The notes: generated from the letters alone by a model not told the origin. Shown: positions 1 to 9,038, numbered from the stretch's first letter. The stretch: 57,370 nt of DNA from a virus (IMGVR_UViG_3300042468_000162:1-57370), one strand, 5' to 3'. Made by a program: numbers and translations.

Positions 1-127
1 CAAGAGCCATTGAAGCCAAGCTGCGGGAGAAGAATCATGGATAGAGAAGCTATGCAGATGGCGCTAGAGGCTTTGGTGGAAATCAACAAGTTGAGTATTG
101 GTGAAAACGCCATCTGCCTGCCAGCGG
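1..127. repeat. Exact terminal direct repeat, copy 1 (circular assembly overlap)
   Basis: 1-127 is identical to 57244-57370, and the ORF starting at 37/57280 reads through the junction. Confidence 0.95.
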
Positions 128-327
128 AGATCGATGGTGCAATGGACGCCCTGCGCCAAGCACTGGAGACAAAGCGTGAATGGGTGGGGCTGACGGCAGA
201 TGAAATCTGGAAATGCAACAAAGCAAAGAGTGGCAGTGCTGTGGAGTTTCACATTTGCTATGCACATCAGAACGTGTTGGATTTTGCGGAATCTATCGAA
301 GAAAAACTCAAGGAGAAGAACACATGA
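37..327 (+). CDS. Small modular hypothetical protein (REA/LRQAL/WVGLT/EKN family)
   Basis: ATG at 37 after GGGAGA; shares motif blocks with 542-949 and 56991-57287. Confidence 0.8.
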   Translation: MDREAMQMALEALVEINKLSIGENAICLPAEIDGAMDALRQALETKREWVGLTADEIWKCNKAKSGSAVEFHICYAHQNVLDFAESIEEKLKEKNT

Positions 328-545
328 GCAGAGAAGCTATGCAGATGGCGTGTGGTGCCATGAGCAAAAAAACAGGAGGGCCAGCGTTTCCAAGGACGCA
401 GTGGCCTAATGAAACTGGAATGACCCTGCGCGATTACTTTGCGGCAAAGGCAATGCAAGCACTGGTGCAGGGAAATTATTTTGATGTCACCGCGAAGCAG
501 GCTTACATGATGGCAGACGCCATGCTGAAAGCGAGGGAAGCATGA
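324..545 (+). CDS. Small conserved phage protein (GGPAFP/GMTLRDYFAAKAMQ type) with an MSREA leader
   Basis: ATGA overlap with the upstream stop; recognisable recurrent phage motif; alternative start at 360. Confidence 0.75.
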   Translation: MSREAMQMACGAMSKKTGGPAFPRTQWPNETGMTLRDYFAAKAMQALVQGNYFDVTAKQAYMMADAMLKAREA

Positions 546-949
546 GCAGAGAAGCTGTGAAACACATTAAGACTTGGCACGAACGGTGTGAAGAACACCC
601 CGATCATCAGGAGAGAATAATTAGCGAACGCATGATTCAGGCTCGGATGCAGGAAGAAATTGACGAACTCCGCCAAGCACTGGAGACAGAGCAAAAGCCT
701 GTGGCGTGGATGCACACAACTGGCACCGGGCATGTGTACTTTCGCAAAAAGCCACAGGACAAAGTCTATAGCCCGCAGCCTGTGTACACCGCACCACCAA
801 AAAAGCAATGGGTTGGGCTGACGGATGAGGAGATACAAGATTTGGGTTATCTGTCTGAAAAATTTGATGCGAGTAATTCTGAGTATTTTGATCGGTGGGG
901 TTTTGCCCGTGCCATTGAGCAAGCCTTGAAGGAGAAGAATCAGTGGTAA
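542..949 (+). CDS. Small modular hypothetical protein (REA/LRQAL/PVAW/WVGLT/EKN family)
   Basis: ATGA-coupled start; shared motif blocks. Confidence 0.8.
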   Translation: MSREAVKHIKTWHERCEEHPDHQERIISERMIQARMQEEIDELRQALETEQKPVAWMHTTGTGHVYFRKKPQDKVYSPQPVYTAPPKKQWVGLTDEEIQDLGYLSEKFDASNSEYFDRWGFARAIEQALKEKNQW

Positions 950-1000
950 ATATCGTAACAGGACTACGACTGAAAGAATCAAGTTAAAGGGGCGCAATCA

Positions 1001-1252
1001 ATGAGATCACGAGCCTATGAAGCATGGAGAGAGTACGAAGCCTATCAAGTACCCATGACTCCCGCAGGTGTTGAAGCTGCTAATGGCAGGATGAGAGTGT
1101 TTATAAAAGGATTTGAAGCAGGTATACGTGAAGCTGCTAATATCCTTAAAGAAAAACACGAAGAACAGACAACCGAGTTACACAACTACTATCTGGTATC
1201 ATCCAGATTAGTGAGGGAGTTGTATAAAGATGATTACGATACTGGACGTTGA
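1001..1252 (+). CDS. Hypothetical protein
   Basis: 83-aa ORF, purine-rich RBS, overlaps the polymerase start. Confidence 0.65.
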   Translation: MRSRAYEAWREYEAYQVPMTPAGVEAANGRMRVFIKGFEAGIREAANILKEKHEEQTTELHNYYLVSSRLVRELYKDDYDTGR

Positions 1253-3290
1253 GAACACAATCACAGTACGAGATGGAAAGAAACACTTAGATCCATTCGA
1301 GAAAGGTAATACTTTAGTCATGGTAGGTGTCAAGCACCTTGACCAAGAACCACAAGTCTATACCTTCGATCATTCGGAAGTGCAGGTAAATGTAGATAAG
1401 TACCGACATTATGTACAGGAAGCTCTCAATAAAACTACCTTACTTGTAGGGCACAATATATCTCATGATCTATTGTGGCTCTGGGAGTGTGGGTTTAAGT
1501 ACACAGGTAAAGTATTCGACACAATGTTAGGTGAATACATCTTACTGCGTGGTATAACTAACCCCCTTGACTTGGGATCAGTGGCAATGAGGCACAACTC
1601 CCCTGTCCAGAAACAAGATGTCATCAAAGATTATCTCAAACGTGGTATCTCAGTACGAGATATCCCCCATGCAACACTCTCGGAATACTTATGCCATGAT
1701 CTAGGTGCTACTGAATGGGTATACAAATCCATCCAGAACAAGCTACAACAGCCTGAATATGCGGGGCTAGTGGGTACTATGGATCTCACTAACGAAGTCA
1801 CTGTAGTGCTTGCTAGGATGTATCAGGCAGGGTTCAAGGTAGACATGGAAGCACTGGAACAAGTGAGACACCAGTTCATTACCGAGAAGTCTGACATTGA
1901 GAAGTATTTAAATGATCAGGTGCATAAGCTTATGGGTGACACACCGATCAATCTCAATAGTCCTGAGCAATTATCGTGGGTAGTTTATAGTAGGAAACCA
2001 TTAGACAAGTCTAGGTGGGTATCAGCTATCACACCTTACATGTCCGATGCAGATTTTAAAGTGGCAGTGAAACAGAACTTCGCTACCTTGTATAAAACAA
2101 AAGCTATACAGTGTAGTGATTGCTCTGGTGTAGGATCTATCTATAAAGTTAAAAAAGATGGTTCAGCATTCAAGAGGGCTACGAAATGCAATGCATGTAA
2201 TGGCTCAGGCTTTATCTATGAGCAGACGAAAGATGTCGCAGGACTCAAGTTCACAGCCCCCAATTCAAAGTGGGCATCAGCCAATGGTTTCGGTACATCA
2301 AAAGACAACCTTGAAATACTTGAAAGGGTAGCGGTATCAAAGCAAATGCATGAGGCATCTGAGTTTTTAAGTAAGCTCAGAAGACTGTCAGCCCTGGACA
2401 GTTACCTCAGCAATTTCGTAGATGGCATTGCAGCTTTCATAAAAGATGATGGCATGTTGCATGTGAGATTGAATCAGCACATCACTGCAACAGGCAGATT
2501 CAGTGGTTCCAATCCCAACATGCAAAACATGCCAAGAGGAAATACATTTCCTGTGAAGCGTGTATTTGTTTCACGTTGGGAAGGTGGGAAGATTATGGAA
2601 GCTGACTTTGCTCAACTAGAATTCAGGGTTGCAGCTTTCTTATCTCAAGATGAAACAGCAATCAAAGAAGTCAAAGAAGGATTTGATGTTCACTCGTACA
2701 CAGCAAAGGTTATTACGGAGGCAGGCCAAACAACATCTAGACAAACAGCTAAGACTCATACATTCGCACCCCTGTACGGAGCCACAGGATATGGAAGAAC
2801 ACCTGCAGAATCGGCGTACTACGAACACTTCATGGAGAAATATCAGGGAGTAGCCCAATGGCATAAGCAACTTGCAAGGCAGGTAGTTAGTTATGGGTAC
2901 ATTAAACTGCCCAGTGGCAGGGAGTTTGTATTCCCTAACACACAGCGTAAGAGAGATGGCACTGTAACAAACTTTACACAGATAAAGAATTATCCTGTGC
3001 AAGCATTTGCAACTGCAGATATAGTTCCATTAGCATTGGTAGAAATACATAAACGACTTGTGCATTATGAAAGTTGTGTGGTAAATTCTGTGCACGATTC
3101 GATTGTGATTGATGTACACCCAGATGAAATTGAGTATGTAGTACAAGTTATCGACGTAGTTCAAGCTGATCTTATCAATCTCATTAACAGGAGATGGTCG
3201 ATAGATTTCAATGTGCCACTTGCATTGGAAGCAAAGATAGGAAATAATTGGCTTGAACAAAAAGATGTTCCACAAACCACTTTAAATTAA
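1230..3290 (+). CDS. polA: Family A DNA polymerase (3'-5' exonuclease + DnaJ-like zinc finger + polymerase)
   Basis: ExoI LDVE, ExoII GHNISHD; TGRFS, motif A DFAQLEFR, motif B KTHTFAPLYG (Phe at the E. coli 762 position), NYPVQ, motif C VHDS; two CxxCxGxG repeats. Confidence 0.97.
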   Translation: MITILDVENTITVRDGKKHLDPFEKGNTLVMVGVKHLDQEPQVYTFDHSEVQVNVDKYRHYVQEALNKTTLLVGHNISHDLLWLWECGFKYTGKVFDTMLGEYILLRGITNPLDLGSVAMRHNSPVQKQDVIKDYLKRGISVRDIPHATLSEYLCHDLGATEWVYKSIQNKLQQPEYAGLVGTMDLTNEVTVVLARMYQAGFKVDMEALEQVRHQFITEKSDIEKYLNDQVHKLMGDTPINLNSPEQLSWVVYSRKPLDKSRWVSAITPYMSDADFKVAVKQNFATLYKTKAIQCSDCSGVGSIYKVKKDGSAFKRATKCNACNGSGFIYEQTKDVAGLKFTAPNSKWASANGFGTSKDNLEILERVAVSKQMHEASEFLSKLRRLSALDSYLSNFVDGIAAFIKDDGMLHVRLNQHITATGRFSGSNPNMQNMPRGNTFPVKRVFVSRWEGGKIMEADFAQLEFRVAAFLSQDETAIKEVKEGFDVHSYTAKVITEAGQTTSRQTAKTHTFAPLYGATGYGRTPAESAYYEHFMEKYQGVAQWHKQLARQVVSYGYIKLPSGREFVFPNTQRKRDGTVTNFTQIKNYPVQAFATADIVPLALVEIHKRLVHYESCVVNSVHDSIVIDVHPDEIEYVVQVIDVVQADLINLINRRWSIDFNVPLALEAKIGNNWLEQKDVPQTTLN

Positions 3291-3299
3291 GGAAATTAA

Positions 3300-4181
3300 A
3301 TGGGTACAAGTTTAACACTCGTAAACAATGGCAACTTCGCTGCCATGGCAGATGCTATGGGTATGTCAGTGGACATGAAGACTTCCAAGCAATCAAGCAA
3401 TCTGGCTCGCTTGAAGATTAGTCACAAGGCAGTGATGGGTGAAGAAGAGATCAAAGGCAAGATCAAGAAAGTAGAAGTTCTTGAAGCTGGCTTGTATGTT
3501 CTTAACTACAATGAAATAGATTACTACCTACAGAATCCTAGCATTCGTTTGTTTAATCAACGATTCATGTACAAGCGATTCGTAAAAGGTGAACCCAACA
3601 TTTATGTGAAGACAGTGATGGATAAAGATCTTAATGCAGATCTCAGGGATAACCAGGGTGGGTTTAATTGTGGTAAGCCTTCAGGTTGGATCAAGGATTA
3701 TAGTGCATTGCCTACAGAAATCAAGACACTGATGAAATCTATCAAGCGTGTACGTGTATTATTTGGTGAGATCTCAGCCAATGATGTATACACTGCAGAT
3801 GGTCAGTCCGTTATGATTGATAACAATATCCCATTCATTTGGGAGATTGACAATAAGGATGCATTTAAATCTGCAGGTGCAGTCATTGCTCTGTTTGCTA
3901 AGCAGAATCGTTTGCTACCTCAGCATTCGGTACACCTTGGTACAGAAGCTAATCCACTTCCTAATGGTGAGCAGTTCTTTACGCCCATATTTAATGTGGA
4001 CTTTGGTAATGTGCTTTCCTTAGAAGATAAGGATCAGGTAACCTTTGCTAACTTTAATGATTGGATCAGTAATTATAATGATTACATCATTAAGAAGTTT
4101 AATGAGGGGTCAGCTAAGAAAGAACAGGAGCGTGATGATACGCTTGTCGAAGAGTTTGTCGATGTGGACGTAGCTGCCTAA
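3300..4181 (+). CDS. Probable single-stranded DNA-binding protein
   Basis: Position between polymerase and nucleases, strong RBS (AAGGA), acidic C-terminal tail; function inferred. Confidence 0.5.
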   Translation: MGTSLTLVNNGNFAAMADAMGMSVDMKTSKQSSNLARLKISHKAVMGEEEIKGKIKKVEVLEAGLYVLNYNEIDYYLQNPSIRLFNQRFMYKRFVKGEPNIYVKTVMDKDLNADLRDNQGGFNCGKPSGWIKDYSALPTEIKTLMKSIKRVRVLFGEISANDVYTADGQSVMIDNNIPFIWEIDNKDAFKSAGAVIALFAKQNRLLPQHSVHLGTEANPLPNGEQFFTPIFNVDFGNVLSLEDKDQVTFANFNDWISNYNDYIIKKFNEGSAKKEQERDDTLVEEFVDVDVAA

Positions 4182-5053
4182 TGAACCATCCTGCTGAGCT
4201 TAAGGTACACCAGTACCTCTCCAATCTACGGTTTGGTGATAGTACGTTATCACCAGAAGTGATTGAACAGATTGTAGAGGACATACGTGCTGCCTTAACT
4301 CGGCAGTTTGTAGATAAGTTAGACAATGGATTTTCATTACGTATGTCTAACGTAGGCAGGGCGTATTGCCAATTGTGGTTCGATAAGAATGAGCCACATA
4401 AGGCAATACCATATAGTACTAACTTCGTCATGAACATGATGATAGGCGATATCATTGAAGCTATATTCAAGGGATTGCTTAAACAGACAGGGGTAGCATA
4501 CTCAGATGGAGAGAGGGTTACCCTTGATCTAGGTGAGTACAAGATTCACGGCACACCTGATATTGTTATGGACGGTAAGGTAGATGATATTAAGTCTGCC
4601 TCACCGTGGTCCTATGAGAATAAGTTTAAGTCTTTCCAATCTCTTGCTGATGGTGATTCCTTTGGATATCTAGCACAGCTAGCTGGTTACGCTAAAGCTA
4701 TGGGCATAGAGGCAGGAGGATGGTGGGTAGTTAATAAAGCTACAGGACAGTTTAAGTATGTACCTGCAGATGGTTTAAATGTTGATGTACATGCGGAGAA
4801 TATCAAAGCAATCGCCGCAGAACTTGAAGGGAATATATTTCGCAGGTGCTATGAGGCAGAGGAAGAAACATATTACAACAAGCCAACGGGTAACAAAGTC
4901 CTTGGCAAAGAGTGTCAGTGGTGCAGTTACAGGTACGCATGTTGGGAAGGTCTTGAAGAAAGACCATCACTTGTCTCAAGGGCAGAAAATCCCCCAACTG
5001 TCTCGTATGTCTTTATCAAGAAGAAAGAAAATGAAAGTAAAGACAATACATGA
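4181..5053 (+). CDS. PD-(D/E)xK / Cas4-like exonuclease
   Basis: GTPD...DDIKS, QLAGYA, C-terminal CQWCSYRYAC cluster plus an N-terminal Cys. Confidence 0.85.
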   Translation: MNHPAELKVHQYLSNLRFGDSTLSPEVIEQIVEDIRAALTRQFVDKLDNGFSLRMSNVGRAYCQLWFDKNEPHKAIPYSTNFVMNMMIGDIIEAIFKGLLKQTGVAYSDGERVTLDLGEYKIHGTPDIVMDGKVDDIKSASPWSYENKFKSFQSLADGDSFGYLAQLAGYAKAMGIEAGGWWVVNKATGQFKYVPADGLNVDVHAENIKAIAAELEGNIFRRCYEAEEETYYNKPTGNKVLGKECQWCSYRYACWEGLEERPSLVSRAENPPTVSYVFIKKKENESKDNT

Positions 5054-5507
5054 CACCCGTAAAGCCTGGGCTGTAGGCAAAAAGTATGGCTACAGAAGTG
5101 GGTTAGAAGTTAAAGTACAAGAGCATTTAAAAGAGAATGGTATACATGCTAAGTACGAACACATTAAGATCGAATGGGAAGATCTTATGTATAGGAAATA
5201 TACACCTGACTTCTTACTCCCCAATGGTGTTATAGTAGAAACTAAGGGTTTATTTACTTCACAAGATAGACGCAAGCATTTACTTATCAAGCAGCAACAC
5301 CCAATGCTTGATGTAAGGTTTGTATTTGAAAGGGCAGATAGGAAGCTAAGTAAAGTATCTAAGAGTACCTATGCATCCTGGTGTGAAAAGAATGGATTCC
5401 AGTATGCAGTTAAGTATGTCCCACTAGAATGGGCAGAAGAATCACCAAAGAGTTATTTTCCAGAGAAACTAATTATCTTTAAGGATAAAAAGCAAAATGA
5501 ATCCTGA
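5031..5507 (+). CDS. T7 endonuclease I-like Holliday junction resolvase
   Basis: RSGLE, YTPDF.LPNG, VETKG and R.KH motifs; start trimmed to ATG 5031. Confidence 0.92.
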   Translation: MKVKTIHDTRKAWAVGKKYGYRSGLEVKVQEHLKENGIHAKYEHIKIEWEDLMYRKYTPDFLLPNGVIVETKGLFTSQDRRKHLLIKQQHPMLDVRFVFERADRKLSKVSKSTYASWCEKNGFQYAVKYVPLEWAEESPKSYFPEKLIIFKDKKQNES

Positions 5508-5856
5508 TAATGTATTTAATGACGATGATGTAGCACTTGTACTAAGTCCTAACTTTGAGAAAGACGGTACATGGACAGGTACATTAGATCTTAATATTGC
5601 TATCATGCCTGTAGATAAAGGCTCAGAGGAATCAATAGGGGCTATTGAAGAACTCACTAACATGATGATCACATGCTTTCGTTTGATCACTGAAGATGAA
5701 GAGTTTCATCATCAAGTTATGAAAGCAATGATTGAATACGTAGATCGTGGAGAGTTACTGGATCAAGATAAGTTAGATGAAGTGGAGCAGATGATAGGTA
5801 CATCAGACAATGTGTATAAGCTTAGTGCTTGGACTAAGACTAGGGGGAATGCATAG
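5497..5856 (+). CDS. Hypothetical acidic protein
   Basis: 119-aa ORF packed in the operon. Confidence 0.75.
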   Translation: MNPDNVFNDDDVALVLSPNFEKDGTWTGTLDLNIAIMPVDKGSEESIGAIEELTNMMITCFRLITEDEEFHHQVMKAMIEYVDRGELLDQDKLDEVEQMIGTSDNVYKLSAWTKTRGNA

Positions 5857-6105
5857 ATGGATATGGTCAATAGCCCTGCCCATTACAACATGGGTAAATA
5901 TGAAACAATTGATATTATTGTAGATACATTAGGGACAGAAGGTGCTATTGCTTATTGCCGTGGTAATGTACTAAAGTACACCATCCGCATGATGCACAAA
6001 AGCAAGCCACTTGAGGACGCACGTAAAGCCCAGTGGTATCTGAATAAGACAATTGAATTGATGGGGGCATTTAAGCCCAATGAAATTACAGGGGCACTGA
6101 AGTAA
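5857..6105 (+). CDS. DUF3310 family protein (T7 gp1.7-like putative nucleotide kinase)
   Basis: VNSPAHY...GNVLKY..R...K..ED..KA.WYL pattern. Confidence 0.85.
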   Translation: MDMVNSPAHYNMGKYETIDIIVDTLGTEGAIAYCRGNVLKYTIRMMHKSKPLEDARKAQWYLNKTIELMGAFKPNEITGALK

Positions 6106-6329
6106 TGAAACAACTCAAGTTATTCGATGAGATTGAAGATCTAGAAGATAGCACTGCCTATGCAGATGTTAGCTTTGTGGTTACATTCGATAAGAAAGAA
6201 ATGCCAACTGTATACACAGATATACTGTACCTTGAAGATGAGATTAAGGATGCAATCATCAATGCCATGCATGACATAGGTGCTACAAAGACTGACGATA
6301 TCATCATTAATATTGAGGGCTTAGAATGA
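6105..6329 (+). CDS. Hypothetical acidic protein
   Basis: Translationally coupled at both ends. Confidence 0.7.
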   Translation: MKQLKLFDEIEDLEDSTAYADVSFVVTFDKKEMPTVYTDILYLEDEIKDAIINAMHDIGATKTDDIIINIEGLE

Positions 6330-7693
6330 AAGAATCATTAATGGACTATCACGGTATACAGATTGATATCTCCCGTGATTGGTTACTGTCAGAGCAAGCT
6401 ACGCAGTTACTACAAGACTACTACATGCTCCCCGGTGAGAGGAGTCCACAAGAAGCATATGCTCGTGCTGCGTTAGCTTACTGTGGTCACAACAAACCAT
6501 TTGCACAGCGTATCTATGACTATGCATCTAAGGGTTGGTTCATGTTTGCCAGCCCCGTACTTAGTAATGCACCACGTGTAGGTGAGTACTTTAAGGCTTT
6601 ACCTATCTCATGTTTTCTTACATACATAGGTGATAACCTGACTTCCCTTGTAGATCACAATGCAGAAGTTGCATGGCTATCAGTAAAAGGTGGAGGTGTA
6701 GGTGGGCATTGGTCAGATGTACGTGGTGTCAGTGATAAAGCACCAGGACCTATACCTTTTATGAAAGTTGTAGATAGTCAGATGACTGCATACAAACAAG
6801 GCAAGACACGGAAAGGTAGCTATGCTGCGTACTTGGATATTAGTCACCCTGACATTGTTGAGTTTATTAATTTTAAAGTACCCACTGGTGGTGACATCAA
6901 TAGAAAATGCTTCAATCTATTTAACGCAGTCAATGTCACTGACAAGTTTATGGAAGCAGTAGAGAAGGATCTTGAGTGGCACTTGATTGATCCTGCTAAT
7001 AAAGATGTACGTGGAACAATAAAAGCTAGGGATCTATGGCAACGTATCCTTGAAGCTAGATTTCGTACTGGCAGTCCCTATATCAACTTCATTGACGAAG
7101 CTAACAGGCAGCTTAATCCACAGCAGAAAGCATTAGGTTTAAAGGTACACGGTAGCAATCTATGCAACGAAATACACTTAGCTACAAGTGAAGATCGTAC
7201 TGCAGTATGTTGTCTATCTTCTGTGAACTTAGAGAAGTTTGATGAGTGGGTAGATACAGATATGGTCTATGACCTAACTGTTTTCTTAGACAATGTATTG
7301 CAAGCCTTTATCGATAATGCACCACGTGAGATCCATAAAGCTATCCGTAGTGCAGAGGCAGAGAGATCGTTAGGCTTAGGTGCTATGGGTTTCCATGGTT
7401 ATCTACAAAGCAAAGGTATCCCATTTGAAGGGCTGTCAGCTAAGATTGCAAACATTAGAATGTTCAAACATATCCAAGAGCAAGCAATTAAAGCTACAAA
7501 GTCTATGGCAATTACAAGGGGTAACTGCTTAGACGCAGACGAAGTATTAGAGGTAAAAACAACAGATGGCAATTTTATTTTAAGTAAGAATCACACAGTT
7601 CTTGCAAAAAGAAAAGAGCAAGATATAACTTTGCTAGTTAAAGACTTGCAAGAAGGAGATGAAATTGTTAATTTGCAAAGTGTGCAGTATTGA
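6326..7693 (+). CDS. nrdA: Class Ia ribonucleotide reductase alpha subunit, N-terminal fragment with a foreign C-terminal tail
   Basis: ISCF, GGGVG, HPDI, NLCNEI (thiyl Cys), VCCLSS, LGLGAMG; lacks the YY pair and C-terminal CxxC; no ATP cone. Confidence 0.95.
   Translation: MKESLMDYHGIQIDISRDWLLSEQATQLLQDYYMLPGERSPQEAYARAALAYCGHNKPFAQRIYDYASKGWFMFASPVLSNAPRVGEYFKALPISCFLTYIGDNLTSLVDHNAEVAWLSVKGGGVGGHWSDVRGVSDKAPGPIPFMKVVDSQMTAYKQGKTRKGSYAAYLDISHPDIVEFINFKVPTGGDINRKCFNLFNAVNVTDKFMEAVEKDLEWHLIDPANKDVRGTIKARDLWQRILEARFRTGSPYINFIDEANRQLNPQQKALGLKVHGSNLCNEIHLATSEDRTAVCCLSSVNLEKFDEWVDTDMVYDLTVFLDNVLQAFIDNAPREIHKAIRSAEAERSLGLGAMGFHGYLQSKGIPFEGLSAKIANIRMFKHIQEQAIKATKSMAITRGNCLDADEVLEVKTTDGNFILSKNHTVLAKRKEQDITLLVKDLQEGDEIVNLQSVQY
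7526..7693 (+). other. Intein/Hint-like N-segment fused to the NrdA N-fragment
   Basis: CLDADEVLEVKTTDG..LSKNHTVL..VKDLQEGDEIV resembles the intein N3/N4 pattern (TxxH; LxxGD). Confidence 0.6.
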
Positions 7694-8027
7694 AAAACAA
7701 TATATAGATTTTCCCATAGCTAGTGTTACTAAAACAGGGAGGGCCGGAGAATGTAAAGAATGCAAGTCAGCTCGCACAAAAAAACTTAGGTCGGAAAGAG
7801 AAACGCTGCTATATGAGATGCTTTTAAAGCAGTGTAATATATGTAAAATGACACACAAGACACCTTCGTTTTTTGACTTTCATCACGTTGATAAAAAAGA
7901 TAAACATAGAGAAGTAAAACAAATACTATGTGGAGCCATTTCAACACTTTTGAGTGAAGTTAAAAAATGTGTGATGTTATGCCCTAATTGCCACAGAGAA
8001 ACCCACATAAAAGAAGGATGGAAATGA
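7659..8027 (+). mobile_element. Free-standing HNH homing endonuclease gene inserted in nrdA
   Basis: CxxC pairs, DFHH, LCPNCHRETH; AT-rich; separates the two nrdA fragments. Confidence 0.9.
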
Positions 8028-8590
8028 AAGTCTTAAGCGTTGAAAAAGTGTTGACAAGAAATATGCATTTAATCGCAGTGGCACCCAATGCTAATAGTAG
8101 TATTATTTGTGGTTGCTCTGCTTCCATTGAGCCTATTAAGTCTAACGCATATGTGCATAGAACTCGTGCAGGATCGCATCTGGTCAAGAACGTCTACCTA
8201 CAAAAGATCCTATATTCCATGGGCAAGGATACGCAAGAGGTATGGCAATCGATCATCATGAACGAAGGCTCAATACAGCATTTAGACTTTATAGATAAAA
8301 CAACTAAAGATATCTACAAGACTGCTTTTGAGATTGACCAGACATGGGTCATTGAACATGCAGCAGATAGACAACAGTTCATATGCCAGGGACAGTCTCT
8401 GAATCTATTCTTCCCTGCAGGTAGCCCCAAGTCTTATGTTAATGCAGTACACTTACGAGCTTGGAAATCTAAACTCAAAGGCTTATACTATCTACGTACT
8501 AGCGCAGGTGTACAAGCTGATAAGATCGGTTTAAAGATCGAAAGGAATGCATTGCAAGATGCTGAAGAATGTCTTAGCTGTCATGGGTAA
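8024..8590 (+). CDS. nrdA: Class Ia ribonucleotide reductase alpha subunit, C-terminal fragment
   Basis: RNxHLIAVAPNANSS, SIEP, QGQSLN, GLYYLR, terminal CLSCHG; RBS AAGAAGGA and ATGA overlap with the HNH stop. Confidence 0.93.
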   Translation: MKVLSVEKVLTRNMHLIAVAPNANSSIICGCSASIEPIKSNAYVHRTRAGSHLVKNVYLQKILYSMGKDTQEVWQSIIMNEGSIQHLDFIDKTTKDIYKTAFEIDQTWVIEHAADRQQFICQGQSLNLFFPAGSPKSYVNAVHLRAWKSKLKGLYYLRTSAGVQADKIGLKIERNALQDAEECLSCHG

Positions 8591-9038
8591 ATCTTCTGAA
8601 GGTGGTAGTAAACGAAAACGATTCAGTAAAAGTTTGCATAGTGAGAATGATACACCCGCAAGGGCTGCAGCTATGCGGTACTGGAAAGCTTTAGGTTACA
8701 ATGTCTACGAGAACACTAACAATCATATACCTGATTTAACTATAGAGACAGAAAATGCAAGATTCTACAGTGAAGTTGAGGTTAAAAGGATATGGAAGGG
8801 AGAGGATTTTCAGTACGATACCCTACAAATACCTGAAAGGAAGCGAAAGTATACAGGACTTGATCTTCCGTGTACTTTCATGGTATTTAACAACGAACAG
8901 ACTCTCGTATTTCTCTGTGAGAGCAGCACACTTGTTACTTCCCCCATAGTAGAAGTGCCTAATAAGTTCGTACCTGAAGGGGAACTATTCTTTCAAGTCC
9001 CCATTAAACGTGTTAAATTAGCGAGGGTTCCAGTGTAA
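8583..9038 (+). CDS. Hypothetical protein, possible PD-(D/E)xK nuclease
   Basis: PDL...EVEVK motif; start at ATG 8583. Confidence 0.55.
   Translation: MGKSSEGGSKRKRFSKSLHSENDTPARAAAMRYWKALGYNVYENTNNHIPDLTIETENARFYSEVEVKRIWKGEDFQYDTLQIPERKRKYTGLDLPCTFMVFNNEQTLVFLCESSTLVTSPIVEVPNKFVPEGELFFQVPIKRVKLARVPV

Noticed and set aside
1-127. 127-bp terminal repeat as a biological DTR
   Set aside because: The length equals a common assembler k-mer and it falls mid-gene; better explained as circular contig overlap
4181-5053. CRISPR-Cas system suggested by the Cas4-like nuclease
   Set aside because: No array or other cas genes; solo Cas4-like exonucleases are common in phage replication modules
7520-8060. 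Group I intron in nrdA
   Set aside because: The insert is wall-to-wall coding with a dedicated RBS and start for the downstream half, and I recognised no P7 core. Not formally excluded without a covariance search
7526-8062. Canonical splicing split intein in nrdA
   Set aside because: Too short, no block F, and the +1 residue is Met; ligation would also delete the conserved RN. Kept only as a degenerate Hint-like module
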